From assembly GCA_032718475.1 (NCBI GenBank), contig JAUCBJ010008837.1:21638-85637 (forward strand): a DNA stretch of 64,000 nucleotides, in the 5' to 3' direction. The position numbers were made by a program, and so were the translations under genes. Origin of the DNA: Nemertoderma westbladi. Its lineage: Eukaryota > Animalia > Xenacoelomorpha. Shown here piece after piece: positions 1 through 13,226 of the stretch (its first letter is position 1; the number at the start of each line of letters is the position of its first letter). The notes beneath the pieces were generated by a model. That model was not told where the DNA came from. It searched no databases and saw only the letters and a program-made list of their open reading frames with translations.

Positions 1-2467
1 TAACTTATTTTGTGTTGGTTTTATATTGGTCGCGAGTAGGGATTGAACCCGTGATCATCTGTTTATCCTATTTCGTGTTTAGTTTAGTTACTCTATGTTA
101 AAGTGAATTTTCACATTATATTTATGTTAAATTATAAATTTATGCTACAATTATTATTTTTATTATAAAAAACAGAAATATTCGAGTTATATTGCATTAT
201 ATATTTTGCATTGAAGTGGAATACTTTAGATGTTGGGGGAATCTGGTTTGCGAGGGATATTTGAATGGTGAGTATAACTATCCTTGAGAGCTAGTGCAAC
301 GCTATCTCACTATGGATGGGCTTTACCACTGTACTCGCATCTGCTCTCTCATTGGCTGTTCGATGTCTCCGATTAAGGGTCTAAGGCCTTCAAGCTGACC
401 ATTTGCTTAGTTTTCTAATTAGAAGGTCGTGAGTTTGCACCCTAGAAGAGCATTATTCTTTTTCCTAGCTCTTGGTTAACTCTAGCATACATTCTAGCTT
501 TGACTCTCCCAGCTATAGTGAGAGTATGCAACCTTGGGAGTTAATGTGAGTAAAGGCCAAGAGATTAGACTTCTGGTTGCCTCTATTGGTTCATTCTTCT
601 TAACTTTATAAAATAACTCAACCCGTATCTAAAGTTTTAAAAATTATGACTTAGTCGACTAATTTTCCAAAGTATATTATAAAAACATATAATTTCTTGA
701 ATAAATAGACCTAATAGTAATAAATAATGTGGGGGTAAATACATTTATAATTCTAATATAATTATTAAGGATAAATAGTCCTAATACTAATATAATTATG
801 TAATAGTAAGCAAAATTTTTATGCGCAACCATCACAGATTATTTGGATATAAAAGATCACACAGCCGGAGGCTAACTTGCTGGGATCGACAAAGGCTTTG
901 TGTGCGGTGTGCCGCTATGTCTTATATCGGGTGGATGAGAGAGCCCCCCTAAGCGTAACATTGCGAACATGGGCTATATTGCTAGAGAGAGAACTACATA
1001 TAAGACCACATGGAGGTTCATGGAGTGGATGGGCTACGTGAATGGAGGAGCCTAGACCATTGAATAATTAATTTAGTGCAGGAAGATGTCACGCCATTAG
1101 TCTGACACCGAGAGGGCACAGAGAAACACCAGAAGATGCCTTAACATCACTAACTATGGGCCTACTAGACACTATTAACCGCACACTATAAAGGTAAACA
1201 AAATCCTTATCGCATTTTCAGCTATAATGAGCGACAGTTCGCGGCAAACTATAGAGAGTTTCCAGATTACTAAACGTTTCAAATTAACTGTCTCCTTGAA
1301 TGGCTTACTAGCAATCATACTACTAAAAAATTCATTAGAGAGTGGGATTGAACTCGTTGTATAGTAAAAAAGTAAAACGAGTGAAATACTATATGTATAA
1401 TTACAGGACGGCTGGGTGCAACCTTCGTTCACCTACAACCTCCCCCCAGGTGCAATCTTTGTTCGCGAAAATTTTCAGGAATTTTGAATTTTGCAGTCGC
1501 ATGGAGTGATAACCCTTAGGTGAAAGCTAAATTTGCTCTACTTTAATCAAATGGGGCATTAAAGCTACGAGTATATTTTCCTTTACATACTCCCTCGATC
1601 TTACACAAATCTGGGTAAAAGGCGGTTGAAGGGCTATCATTCGCAACATATGCGGTCCCCCCTTTAATGTTTCATTGTTCAATTCATAGTCGCCTTTAAG
1701 AATTTCTCAGGAAAATAAGGACGATCACTTTCAACCCATGCGGCCCTCCCTTTCATGATTTCATTGAACTATCCATAGTATGAACAATCAAACCAAAGCC
1801 TTTGAATATAGGACTAAATATCCTCGCGGCTTATCAGCGGCGCCATGGCTAACGGCTTAATATCAATAGTGAAGCATCTAAAAGAATAGAAGAGTAATAG
1901 AAGAATAATAGGGCAGAACAGCGTACTTACAGCTTAGAGGTGGGCGCGCTGAAAACTTTGCTCGCCATCAATACATACAAAGCATCGCTTGATGGAAAGA
2001 GTAATAGCGTGGATATTTTCATTTTGGTGAATATAATTTATAGCATTAATCACGAAAATCGCTAAATAATATATTTTAACTAAAGTCAACTCTGATAAAC
2101 AACTTGCATAACGAGTTTGTAAAGAATTCATAGGGATTGGCTGTTTATTTAGGGATTAACATTCAAAATGATTATGAACGAGCAATAGGGTCATTAGTGG
2201 TATGCTGAGACTCACTTATTTCATGGCTCGCTCTCATAGTATAGATTAACTAATAGAGAAAATGAAAAATAAGTGGTTAAACATCCTATATTTTTAAACA
2301 TTATGGGGAAACAAGAATAAATAATTTACCGACAACATCAATATTAAATAATATAACAACAACGGATAAATAATTTACCAACAACATTAATAATAAATAA
2401 TATAAGAACATCAACAATAACAAAAGATATAGTCAGAACAGTTTTTAATAAATAGAGACTGTTTATA

Positions 2468-4180
2468 TTAATAGGGTTGCTGGTCTCCGAGAATAAGGTT
2501 TGGTTTAACCCTTTTAGGGTCCGATACTATTAATGGCTGCGATAATTTTCTCTTTAATAGTTTGTTGAGATAACCTTTTCTTGGGGGGTGAAATAGATTA
2601 AGGTGTGTTTGCTGCGGGAGAAAGATGCCTTCTCTGAGAGAACGTTTTAGTAATTCGAAAAGGCGCGCGATGGTAAAGTTGTTGGATAGGGTGATAGTGT
2701 TGGTATTTTTCGTATTGGTGAATATAATTTCTGCTGGTTTGTTCTCGATATGGATGTAAGGACTGAGGTAGTAGTGAGAGTTGGGTGGGTTGGTTGTATT
2801 TATCGTGAGAAAAGCGCTGCCCCTAATATTGAGACCGTTGGTGAACTAAAAAGTGGTATTCTCTTCGTCTTTCATTAAAATGGGCCAGATACCGACATAT
2901 TTTTCGGATTTGAACTTATAGATAAAGGCTGCGATACTGCTATTTATGAGATAGCGTTGGTGATTGGGAATCGTAATCTGCTTTGGTTTGAAAGCAAATT
3001 GTATAGCCATAGCCTTGAATCTGATTAGAGCCTCGCGCGCTTGAATCGTGTTAGCTATAGTAAAGGATTCGTTAAATTTTCTCTCGGTTATCTGTAAATC
3101 AATTTCTGAATCACTGATACAACTTTGTATCGATATTCGCTCGGAAATGTTGTCTTTGTAGATGTTAAGTTCATCGTAGCAGACACATTCACTATCCTCG
3201 ATAGTTGAATCGAACCATTTCAAATCGCCTACCTCGGTTGGTGTAAGAAGAATCATGCCCCTAGAAGAAACAATAGCCTTTCCATTGTCAACCTCGTAGC
3301 CATTGGTGATCGCTAAATTGCGCTCGTTCCAAATATTTGTAACAAACCCAAAAGTGCAATAGTCAAAAGCAACCCAATTACCCGGTTTTAGGACAAGGTG
3401 AGTAGTAGGATTAATAAAAGGGCGACATATGTTTACATATTGTTGAAATAAATTGGCGCAGGCAACGGAAAATGTGATCCATGAACTGTTTACAGTGTCT
3501 TCCAGCTTTATTAACTCGAGTGGATTCACTGGGTTAATACTTCCATAGGTGCCAACTCTATAATTGAATCCAAAGTAATAGGAGACTTTATTGGCGAAAA
3601 AGCATGTGAGCTCATTCAATTTCTCGCCGAAAGCGAGAACATCCTTGTCGAAAAGTTTAAAGAAACGAGTCTCCTCTTCCTCGGTCGGAGTCGACGAGTT
3701 CCAGATGAGAAGAAGAATCGAGTTTGCGATACTATGAAAATCGAATAAGCGATCATCGGAGAAGAAGGAGGTTACGAGAGTGGTTAAACCCAGTAAACGA
3801 TTTGCCACATCTTGGTTGATGTTTTCTCGAATAAAATCGACTATACTAGTTGGAATCGTAAACGTCTCGGGCGAAGTAGTTAGATTGAACGTTATTTTGT
3901 TGGCCCTTTTTAAAAGTTTGAAACCGTGGTTGGAGGAATGAAGTTTATTATCGTCGAGGGTTTGATATTGTCCATCGTGAAGTTCGTAGCAGGCCCGGAA
4001 AATAAAGTGCGCGTAGTTTGCCGGAATCGGGATGGGTTGGTTTAAGGTTGTATTTATCGTTAACGGGAAGAGTTTGTTCGCCGAATCGAAATATAGACCA
4101 AACGAGTTGTCTTGTAGCATAAACTGATTTTCGTTGCAAACCAGATCGTTGCTTGAATAGCTGATTTCTGAATGTGCCAT
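2468..4180 (-). pseudogene. PC4-like repeat protein, copy with a premature stop
   Basis: Nearly identical to 37510-39201 but CAG>TAG at 2846-2848; the frame continues to TAA at 2468. Confidence 0.8.
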
Positions 4181-4299
4181 CGTGATTGTGTACCGGTAAC
4201 TCGTTTAGGAAATAAAAATAAATAAATACTTTTACGAAAATAATTAAAACTTTTCAGGAAAACAAAGAGACAATGATTGGGAATGTGGTGAACGGGGGC

Positions 4300-4402
4300 T
4301 ATTATAGAGGGGGCTAGAATGGGTTAGCCAATCAGGGAACAGTAGGGAGAAAAGATTGTATAATTAAACCAATCAGAGAGCAGCTTTGATGACGTCACAT
4401 CA
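4300..4402 (-). promoter_or_regulatory. Pol II-type promoter: CRE palindrome TGACGTCA, two CCAAT boxes, TATA-like TATAAT
   Basis: Motifs lie 120-220 bp upstream of the ATG at 4180 and are conserved in the sister copy. Confidence 0.55.
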
Positions 4403-5567
4403 GGCGAGATAATGATTGCCCAATGTTATTCAATGGTAGCCAGAGTGGCGCCATTGAATAACGAAGGCAAAGGGGCCGCGAGAGGAAAGATTATAAAGTT
4501 AACGATAAGGGATCTATAAACCATAGAGCTAAATATAGACATTATGTCATAATTACGTCATTGGTAATATAAAAACTAATTAATCTAAAAATAGAAATCA
4601 ATGTATAAAGTAAAAGTAATACAATTAATTAATTTAAAATAAAGTACAAATGAATAAATAATTTAGAATTAAATACGAATAAAATAAAATGCAAATAATT
4701 AATTAAAATTAAATATAAATAAATAAGCCTCAAACATCTTGCCTCATGGCTCGCCCCTTAGAACTCTTAAGCAATATAACTTCATAGTTTTGCGGATTGT
4801 AAATAACAAAGCTAGAGAAGATGATAATTTTCAAATAATACGCCCTCTAGTGGCAGACTATGGAACTGCAGACGACTGGATATAGGTAAGAGTAATTAGT
4901 AATCAGAGGTGTCACAATAGAGGGCGGGGCGCTTGGATACAACTATTATTAATTGGTTGTTGCTTGGTTAAAGCTAATTGGGGGTCAAAGGTCAACGAAA
5001 AAGCTGTCTGGAAATAGAGTAATAGAGTAATTAGTTACCAGTAAGGGAGCTGTATACCCTATGGCTAAGGATAACGAGATGAAAGTCAATGAGGTCATTT
5101 AGAAACCAATATATAAAACTAATTATTGGTAAATCTAAAATTAAGTACAAATAAATAAAGTAAAAATAAATACAATTAATTAATTTAAAATAAAGTACAA
5201 ATAAATAAGTATTAATAAATAAAAGAGCTGCGGTGTCACTTATGACACCCTCTTGATCCGGCTCTGTGACACTTGGACAACACTGATGACCCATTGTGTG
5301 TCAGGGCGCTAATCAGTCTGATTAATTAGGATAATCAATTAAACCCTAATTAGGAGTCGTAAGACACCTATTAGGGTTTAATTGTACTAATTAATTGATG
5401 ACACCTGTCAATTAGGATCTAATTAGCCTAATTGGGAGGTGTCATCCAGACAGTCTGGCGCCAATGACACCCAATGACACCCTATGGGTGATAATTGGGT
5501 GTCATATGACACCCAATGGGTGTCAGTGAGGTCCAAGTGTCACAGAGAGGACCAAGACCCTACTACT

Positions 5568-8558
5568 GTTGTGCACTCTCGTTCTTTCCTCGGGCTTTCT
5601 TCCGTGAACTCTATTAGGAGACGTAGGAGGAGTTTTTGTTACCTGTTCTCTCCTGTCATTGGTTCGAGACTTAAATTTACTTACATCTTTAGGCGCTTTG
5701 TTGACATAGTAAGATCTTTCAGTGTCTTTCCTGCTGTCCTCTTCTTGAGAAGCCTGGCTTTCGCCGTCGTCTGTATAACACACTGGTGTTACCTTTCTCC
5801 TAGAAACGGGTTTCTCACTTACCTTATTTTCCGGTGTCTTCTCTCTGGACTGCTTTAGGAGCTGTAATTTTACCTCTCCATCTAAGAATGACATGAGATC
5901 AGCCATGGTAGGGTCTCTTCGTTGTTGTTCCATCATATATAACACTTTCTTGTCCCAGCGTGTACCTACTCCACCCTTTGGTAAAGTAGATGCTACGGCT
6001 CCAATAACCAGAGAACTCTGATATTCATGAGACTTACCTAGCCAATCTAATTGTCTACAGATCTCCTGAATCTCATCGAAAAACTCTATAATCCCACTGC
6101 TAATGAACTTTCGGGGCGCTACCAATTTTGCATACAAATACCTAGCTATGTTATTCCTATTACCATACCTGATGTTTAAGGTATTCCAAACTTGGCTTAA
6201 TCCATCTGGATGTCCAATAAACTTTAACGCCATTAACTTGGGAGATCCTTCTAAGCACTCGATGAGGAATCTAAGTTTCTCTCCGTTAGATAGCGCAGAG
6301 TTCTGTATGTTATCTTTGTAATATTAATTAAAAGGTAACCATTTCATCTCATCTCCATTGAACTTGACGATCTCTCCCACCTTTACCGCTTGACAGGCTT
6401 CGGTTCTAGCCATTTGACGTGTAAAACTTTCTTGGGCCATCGTATTATTTAATATCGAGTTATCGGTATATAAATTTCTCGGATTGTTATCAAGTCTATA
6501 TGGAATATCATTATCAACAGGTTTACAATTACCCTTAATAAGGTTTACTATAGGAGTATCTATTTCACTAGCAGTATAGATGCGTGTAGGCTCCACACCT
6601 TGCGCATGAAATACTTCAGACCGAACAGGTTGACACATTGTTACAGGGGGTGGTGGTATACCTCTTTGTATATTTACCAATTTATCGTGTTCTAACGCGA
6701 TACTCTGCTGCACTTCTTGCAACTCTAACCTACCCTCTCTGACTGTGCCCTTTAACTACTGAACAGTCCCTTCCATCTCCCGGACCTGCTGAGAGGAGCA
6801 CAAACGGTGTTCCCTCAGCTGCCCGAGCAGGAGACCCATCTCCCGCCGTCCCTCATCCACCCACTCTACCGCTGAAGCGGGAGCCGCCAACATAGTAGCG
6901 GGTAGACGAGGGACAACGGGCGACAAATCGTTGATATTTCGCTCGGAGTCCAGGACAGGAACTGTCTCAGGGGCAGTTCTGCTGGGCACAGGTAGTTTAG
7001 TGCTGTGCAAAGGGAATTTAGAGGTAGGTTCTGGGAGTACAGGTGTCTCTATCACCGAAGGGGTGGCTTCGAGAACAGGCCTAATTATTTCAGGCTCATC
7101 TACTATAGTAGGGAGTCTTTCTACTCTAATAATTTGGTCTGTGGGTTCTGTACTACCTAAGTCTGTGCTAGCTAGTTGCCTTCTCACAGCTGGGGGCAAA
7201 TCAGGCAATTTCTGACGGTGAGGCATTCTTCTACGTCTGTTGGAACGAGATCTATTTCTTCCGCCTTCAGGATCGGTGGTATCGCCTTCATCCGATGATG
7301 TAAAGCCCTGTCGCTTGGGGGTGGATCGACTTATCATCTGCCACTGAGTAGCTGTTCTCTGTTTATCTATGTAGTCTTGCTTCTCTTGCAGATTTTCCAA
7401 CTCTAGTTGGGTGGTCTCTTCAGATGCTCTCCGTTCTGCTTCTGCCACTGCTATCTTTCTTTCTGCTTCTGCCGCTTTTCTTTCCGCTTCTGCCGCTGCC
7501 ACTGCCGCTTTTATTTCCACTTCTGCCGCTTTTCTTTCCGCTTCTGCCGCTGCTGCTGCCTCTGCCGCCTTTCTTTCCACTTCTGCCGCTGCCTCTGCCG
7601 CTTTTCTTTCCACTTCTGCCGCTGCCTCTGCCGCTTTTCTTTCCACTTCTGCCGCTTTTCTTTCCGCTTCTGCCGCTGCCACTGCCGCTGCTGCTGTCTT
7701 TCTGCGTTCTATACGTTTTTTCTTTACTTGTTCTTCTTGGACCCTAGCGATGCGGCTGCTTTCATCAAATTTAGCTTGGTTCGCAGCTAACATTTCCGCA
7801 TCTATTGCGTCCAGCACAAACTTGGCTCCTTCACTATTAGGGCGAAGTCCAGCCAGCCTTCTCCTCAACTCTTCGTCACCTAGAAATCGTTGATAGTCTG
7901 ACAGATAGATGTCAATAGCTTCCTTCTTCTGCGGTTTCTCTGCTGTCGATTCGCTTTCCACTTGAGAAAAGGTAGCGTCTGCTGATTCTCCATGGGTTGA
8001 GCGCTCAGCCAGCTGAAATTTCCACTGGGCCGTTCCTTGAACCTTGAGACTCACCCGCTGGAACCAAGTCTTTACGGCAACTTGCAATGACGTGTCTTGT
8101 CTTCTTTTTGAAGCTTCCTCAAAGGCCGATAGGATTAGTCTGATTCTTAGAATTCTTTCTCGAACTTGATAAAGCAGTTCTCCCTGCTCTTGAGGTCCTT
8201 GGGGTTGTTGAAACAGTTGTTCCTCTAATCGCTCCAAAGAGCTGAAGAATCCCTGTATATATCCTGCTGCCGACCTCTTCCACACAGCTGGATCACTAGT
8301 GTCTTTTGTCACTCCCATCCTGTGTATGTCTTCCCAGGCAGCTTCCGATAAGTCAAACGGGAGTCCGGGTCCGGGGAAGTTCCATTGCGACTCGACAATA
8401 GACTTCAGTTCCTCCCTTGTGTATCCCGCATAACTGTTCTTGGTCGATCGCTTACTTCTCGCCCAATCAATTTGGTGTTCCTCCACCGCAATCAATACCC
8501 TAGTGAGTACGGCTGCAGGAAGAATGAGAAGGGGATCCGAATAAACCGCATCAGCCAT
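5568..8558 (-). pseudogene. BEL/Pao LTR-retrotransposon gag (DUF1759-like), two in-frame stops, cut by the insertion ending at 5567
   Basis: ORFs 8558-6756, 6722-6324 and 6233-5568 share one frame. FNGDEMKWLPF...EKLRFLIECLEG...VWNTLNIRYG is typical of BEL/Pao gag. LTRs not located. Confidence 0.75.
7430..7700 (-). repeat. Coding tandem repeat (AE[A/V]ERKAAEAA)n, coiled coil in BEL gag
   Basis: Repeated TCTGCCGCTTTTCTTTCC units on the + strand. Confidence 0.85.
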
Positions 8559-8989
8559 TTTTGCTCCGCGCTCGGGTGTCAGCTCTACAGTATCCGAACT
8601 ACTGGAGCTGTTGGGCCGCTGAGAAATAAGTTCTCAGCTCGGGTGTTGCTGTTGTTTAACAGCTGCTTCTTGGTCACGCTTGACTTGAGCCCGAGTGCCT
8701 ATGATAGACCTACGGTGTTGGACTAGCCTAGGGTCTGATACTACTACTGGAGGGATGTTCTTTCTTACAGTAGGAGGTGAGTTGAACTTCGGTCTCAAAC
8801 GTTCAGCACTCCTATCTGGGGCACAGATGGTTGTATCTAGGAGACTGTCTACAGGTTTTGCTTGGTGTCAGACATGTTTGTTTGTACAGTTGAATGCCTA
8901 CTGCTATATTACAGTTAAAGCAAGTCAAGTAATTCAGTATCAACTGTTAGCCTAGTAATTAATTACCGATATCGTTACTCTATATAACG

Positions 8990-9270
8990 TGATATATATA
9001 CAATATATTAGAGTACCGGTATACTCTTATAGTATATATATAAGTATTATTACAGACTAGGTTTGTCACAGTATACCGGTATATTATTTCAGCTCAAGTA
9101 TATATAAATATATAATAAGTCTACTGTGAATACCGGTATACAACTTACACTTATAGTATATAAGTATAATTATAGACTAGAATTAATTACAGAATACCGG
9201 TATATAATTTCAGCTTAAATTTATAGAAATAAATATAATAAGCCTATTGTAAATACCGGTATGTCAATTA
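8990..9270. repeat. Degenerate ~60-bp AT-rich tandem repeat centred on TACCGGTAT
   Basis: TACCGGTAT recurs near 9013, 9074, 9131, 9195 and 9254 with similar flanks. Confidence 0.6.
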
Positions 9271-9910
9271 TTTTAGAATAATTGAATTTCTGAATTTTTA
9301 GGGGTTACTTGGTTACTTTACTTTACTTTATTACCGTTATTTAAGCAGTAGTCCAACTGATATTAAGACCTAATTGATGTATAACAGGCCTACTGTTTTA
9401 TAAATCGGTTTGAGTTGATTTATAATATATATATACCCGTATAAAGGGTTTTTGTCAATGTTTGAAATAAATGTTATTATTTCTGGTAAGGAGTCACTTC
9501 ACAGAAGCTAAACGCTCTCAGTGGAGTGCTACTTATTGTATTGGACACTAAAACAAATAATTCTAATTTACTAAGTTACTTATTACTACAAATTACGTAC
9601 AATTAAGGGGTGAGATTACAACCTCTAAATAAACACAAAAATTACACGTACGAATTTTTAGGGTTAATTTTACAGGGAATCTACAAACCAGCCTAACAAG
9701 GAGTTAGAATATCTGGTTATTACAAACGGACAAGATACTACGGTATTTGAAAATAATAAAGCAGTAGTAAATATATTGCGTTGTCTAGATAGGAAAATAC
9801 CACCATCTGACGACTTATAGCCGTATCGCTATAAGTACTACGTTATGTATCACGGAGTGTTCCTACCCAGAAGTTAATTACCGCAGCCTACTATAGCTAA
9901 CGTGCCTATT

Positions 9911-10425
9911 AGTAGTAGGAGAAGCATAGTTCCTCCATATCTCCTCCCTATCTTGGGCTACGGCTCGCATCTCGGAGGCAATTAAAAAATGCCAAATTCC
10001 GGTGCTAAATCGCGGTGTTTAATGACCATCTGTCACCATCAATATTGATTCGCGTCGTTGCCTTCAACCAATCGTTGCTTATCACCTACGCGTAGCCTAA
10101 CCTCGCGATGCCTACCTTACTCGACAACTGTTACCACCCGTGAGTATTGATTCGCGTCGTTGCATCAACCAACCATCGCATATTCATCTTCGCGTAACCT
10201 AACTTCTCATCGCATGGCTAGCCCCCACTACGCTATTATATCGAATCGATTGCCAACTCACCACCACCACCACCACCGTCGCTAGCCACGCACGGCTACT
10301 CTTCGACGGCTGTCGCCAAACCAATCAATCCAACCAACCAAGCGGCCTGCCTACCCCAACGCTATTATGATACGTGTTGAAATTTCGCCACGTTCTAGCT
10401 ACACGTATACGAATATTTCCATAGT
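9911..10425 (+). repeat. Left TIR of the Maverick (515 bp)
   Basis: Reverse complement of 28116-28630 with only two mismatches noticed by eye. Confidence 0.95.
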
Positions 10426-10840
10426 TATTTCCTATCCACGCAACCAACCACGGTCTACTGTATATGCTGACAACGTGGCCACCAACTACACGCATCACGC
10501 ATATATTATATTATATTGATTGCCAACTCCACGACTGCTGTCGCCAAATCAACAAACCAAGCAGTATGATACATGAGATTCCGTCACGTTCTAGCTACGC
10601 GTATACGATCATTAGTGATTATTACGCAATAATTTTTTTGTTTATACAGTAGTTACCCACCAGCTAATCAACCAATCAATAAACCGAATTTAGGCTATTT
10701 CTCAGTTTAAGACCTGTATTATTTTTGAAAATATCTTATATATATAATCTCTTGCTTTAATCGCAATTAATCATTTGTAATGGTTTTAGTTTAAAAGTTT
10801 TTACTTTGTTTGTTTGATTTACAATAAAATAAATTAAATA

Positions 10841-11287
10841 ATGTCTTCTGATTCCAATATGGTTATGCCAATGGTAAGGCATTCATTTTTTGCAGAAGAT
10901 GGTCAAGCCTATATTGTTATTGATTATACAATTTACCATCAGGGAGATGATAAATATAAAATTGAATTTTCTGAAAAAGCCAGGAAAGTTTTAAGCTCAA
11001 TTGATATTGATGCTTCTGATAATAGTATTCATCTTTTAGATTACAACCTGAAAGCTGAGCATGGGGGAGGAAAATTAAGCAACATTTTACTATTTTCCAT
11101 GATAGAGGGATTTATTGTTATTACACAATACAACGAAGCTGGTGAAAAGTTTGAAATATGGCTAAATCGGCATAGCCCCTACGAAATTATGTCTTTCTTT
11201 ATTGTAATGATTTCAAAAGAATCCTTTGTCGAACCTGAAGAATCAGCGGATAATGTTGAATATGTTGATAATATCATTGATTCTTGA
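10841..11287 (+). CDS. Hypothetical Maverick accessory protein (148 aa, acidic C-terminus)
   Basis: ATG-initiated ORF with TATATAA at about 10741; no family recognised. Confidence 0.6.
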   Translation: MSSDSNMVMPMVRHSFFAEDGQAYIVIDYTIYHQGDDKYKIEFSEKARKVLSSIDIDASDNSIHLLDYNLKAEHGGGKLSNILLFSMIEGFIVITQYNEAGEKFEIWLNRHSPYEIMSFFIVMISKESFVEPEESADNVEYVDNIIDS

Positions 11288-11449
11288 CTTTTCCCTCTAT
11301 ATTATAAATATTTTATGATTATATATAAAATTTTGTTGTTTTTAAATAATCGAAAATTGTAGTAGTATTTGTATATACAGTATAACAGTTTTGTTTGTTG
11401 TTGTTGTGTATTGTGGTAATTATTTTCAATTTACTTTAAAATTTGGAAA

Positions 11450-11935
11450 ATGGATATTTTAAATGAAAAATGTCCAGTTTGCTATTCTAAGTTATTGCAA
11501 CAACATCGAGATTATTATAAATGTGAAAATAAACATGCAACTTGCGTACAATGTATTGCACAATATTCCGAAATGAATAATTATTGATCTAAAATTTGTC
11601 CTATTTGTCGCGCACCCATATCTAAGTTTAATATAAAGTTGGCAAGATACCAACCCTATTATTGGAAAGAGCTTCGCAATATAACTTATATTTCTGCGAA
11701 AAGTAATGATCCGGGAGATTTATTTACAATATTGGAGAATATTTTTTATAGAAACGTAGTACGACGCTGTTGCTACTATATTCCTTATTTTTTTAGCAGC
11801 GAACATAAAAAAATCATTAGCGCGAAATTTTCGGGAAGTGATTTCCAATCCGCCGATGTTACCTATCATTATTTCGCGTATAAAGATGCTCACCATGCTA
11901 GAAATTACATCGGTCTATACTATAATTGGAAATAG
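11450..11935 (+). pseudogene. RING-finger (C3HC4) protein with an in-frame TGA
   Basis: MDILNEKCPVC...KCENKHATCVQC...NNY*SKICPICRAP; stop at 11585-11587; same frame as the listed ORF 11639-11935. Confidence 0.75.
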
Positions 11936-12118
11936 CACCTTTTGCTGCAGCGAGCGTCACATACTGTAGCGGCGCCGTATGTTAATTAAATATACAGTAC
12001 TCTAATATTGTAGTTGCATCAATTATTGTTATATACATAGTAATGGTGTTGGTTTATTGATATTGATATTGATATTATATTATATTGTATTGTTGATATA
12101 TCTTAATAATAATAATAA

Positions 12119-12799
12119 ATGGCTGACTTTAATTCAGGTCCATATAATTTAAATTTTCAAATGGGAACGAGTATGATAATTTCAGGGCCATCTGGCTCCG
12201 GAAAGTCTACATTTGTTGGCAATTTAATTAAACACAAGAATGGTTGTTTCAACGAAGCCCCCTTGCGAGTATTGTATTGTTACGGGAGCAATCCCCCGAC
12301 TATTCCTGGTATTACTCACCTTTACAAAGGCTTGCCTGAAAATATAGATAGTTTAGTGAATAGTCGAGATTTATTAATTATAGATGATTTGTTAACAGAA
12401 ACTGAGTCCAGTACAGCTTTAACTGTATTGTTTACTAAGGTAGCTCATCATTCCAATATATTTATTTGTTTTATAACGCAAAACATGTTTTACGGTGGGA
12501 AGCATAACCGCACAAGATCAATTAATAGCCATACTTTAGTATTAATGAAAAATCCGAGAGATAGTCTATCGGTTTTAAATTTCGCGAAGCAGATGTTACC
12601 AGGGCAGACCAAATTTTTAGTTGATTCCTATCAAGATGCGACAATTGAACCATTTTCACATTTCTTAATTGATTTACGACAGGAAACACCCGAACATTTA
12701 AGATTTAGATCTGATATATTTCGTAATCATAATTGTTACATTAAAAATTACACTGACTATAAACGTAGCGAAAATAATAATAATAATAATGATAAATAA
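12119..12799 (+). CDS. A32/FtsK-like genome-packaging ATPase
   Basis: Walker A GPSGSGKST, Walker B LLIIDD, then HH..I.I.FITQN and R.IS.NS motifs of Polinton ATPases. Confidence 0.93.
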   Translation: MADFNSGPYNLNFQMGTSMIISGPSGSGKSTFVGNLIKHKNGCFNEAPLRVLYCYGSNPPTIPGITHLYKGLPENIDSLVNSRDLLIIDDLLTETESSTALTVLFTKVAHHSNIFICFITQNMFYGGKHNRTRSINSHTLVLMKNPRDSLSVLNFAKQMLPGQTKFLVDSYQDATIEPFSHFLIDLRQETPEHLRFRSDIFRNHNCYIKNYTDYKRSENNNNNNDK

Positions 12800-12836
12800 T
12801 TAATATTTTGTAACAATTTTCAATAATGTTGCAACA

Positions 12837-13220
12837 ATGAATAGACTTGTGCAGAAATATCGTAACGAACTGGAATTTCTACGCAGCGCTACCCCTCAAC
12901 AAAGAACTTATTTTATTAACCATACCGCCAGTAACGAATTAATACGGCTCATTGTAAATACTGCATTAAATGTTCTAAAAGGTAATGTACAATTGACCCC
13001 ACATTCATTTAGAAATATTCGCCGCTATAAGAAGGTATTGAAATCACTCAACCGTAAAACAAAAAATATATCAAGTTACAGAAAAAAGTTAAGCAATCAA
13101 TCTGGAGGCATACTACCGTTTCTAATACCCTTACTCGGCATTGGTGTGAAACTTGCCGCGAGTGCTGGTGCCGCGGCCGCGGGGGCTGCTATTGCGAAAA
13201 AAATTAACCGTGGACGGTAG
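12837..13220 (+). CDS. Basic virion core / membrane-active protein with probable protease site (QSGG|ILP)
   Basis: Conserved Maverick small-ORF pattern (ALNVLKGNV.LT ... QSGG followed by a hydrophobic helix). Confidence 0.75.
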   Translation: MNRLVQKYRNELEFLRSATPQQRTYFINHTASNELIRLIVNTALNVLKGNVQLTPHSFRNIRRYKKVLKSLNRKTKNISSYRKKLSNQSGGILPFLIPLLGIGVKLAASAGAAAAGAAIAKKINRGR

Positions 13221-13226
13221 GTAATA

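Larger units (their letters stand above)
1..5567 (-). mobile_element. Partial inverted copy of the capsid-less pPolB element family (sister of 36265-51279); continues beyond the left window edge
   Basis: Ends in ...GGACCAAGACCCTACTACT at 5567, the same terminus as at 51279. 1490-5567 is the reverse complement of about 36265-40190, and 1-750 of about 42615-43400. It interrupts the BEL gag ORF; predicted TSD GTTGTG (5568-5573), other copy outside the window. Confidence 0.9.

Noticed and set aside
370-455. Degenerate tRNA-Leu/Ser-like sequence (GGTCTAAGGC...AAGGTCGTGAGTTTG)
   Set aside because: Stems do not pair convincingly; at most a decayed relative of the B-box units.
5484-5858. + strand ORF starting in the TIR (similar at 51211-51426)
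   Set aside because: Chimeric read-through across the insertion junction, antisense to gag.
7407-7893. Three + strand low-complexity ORFs
   Set aside because: Antisense shadows of the gag coiled-coil repeat.
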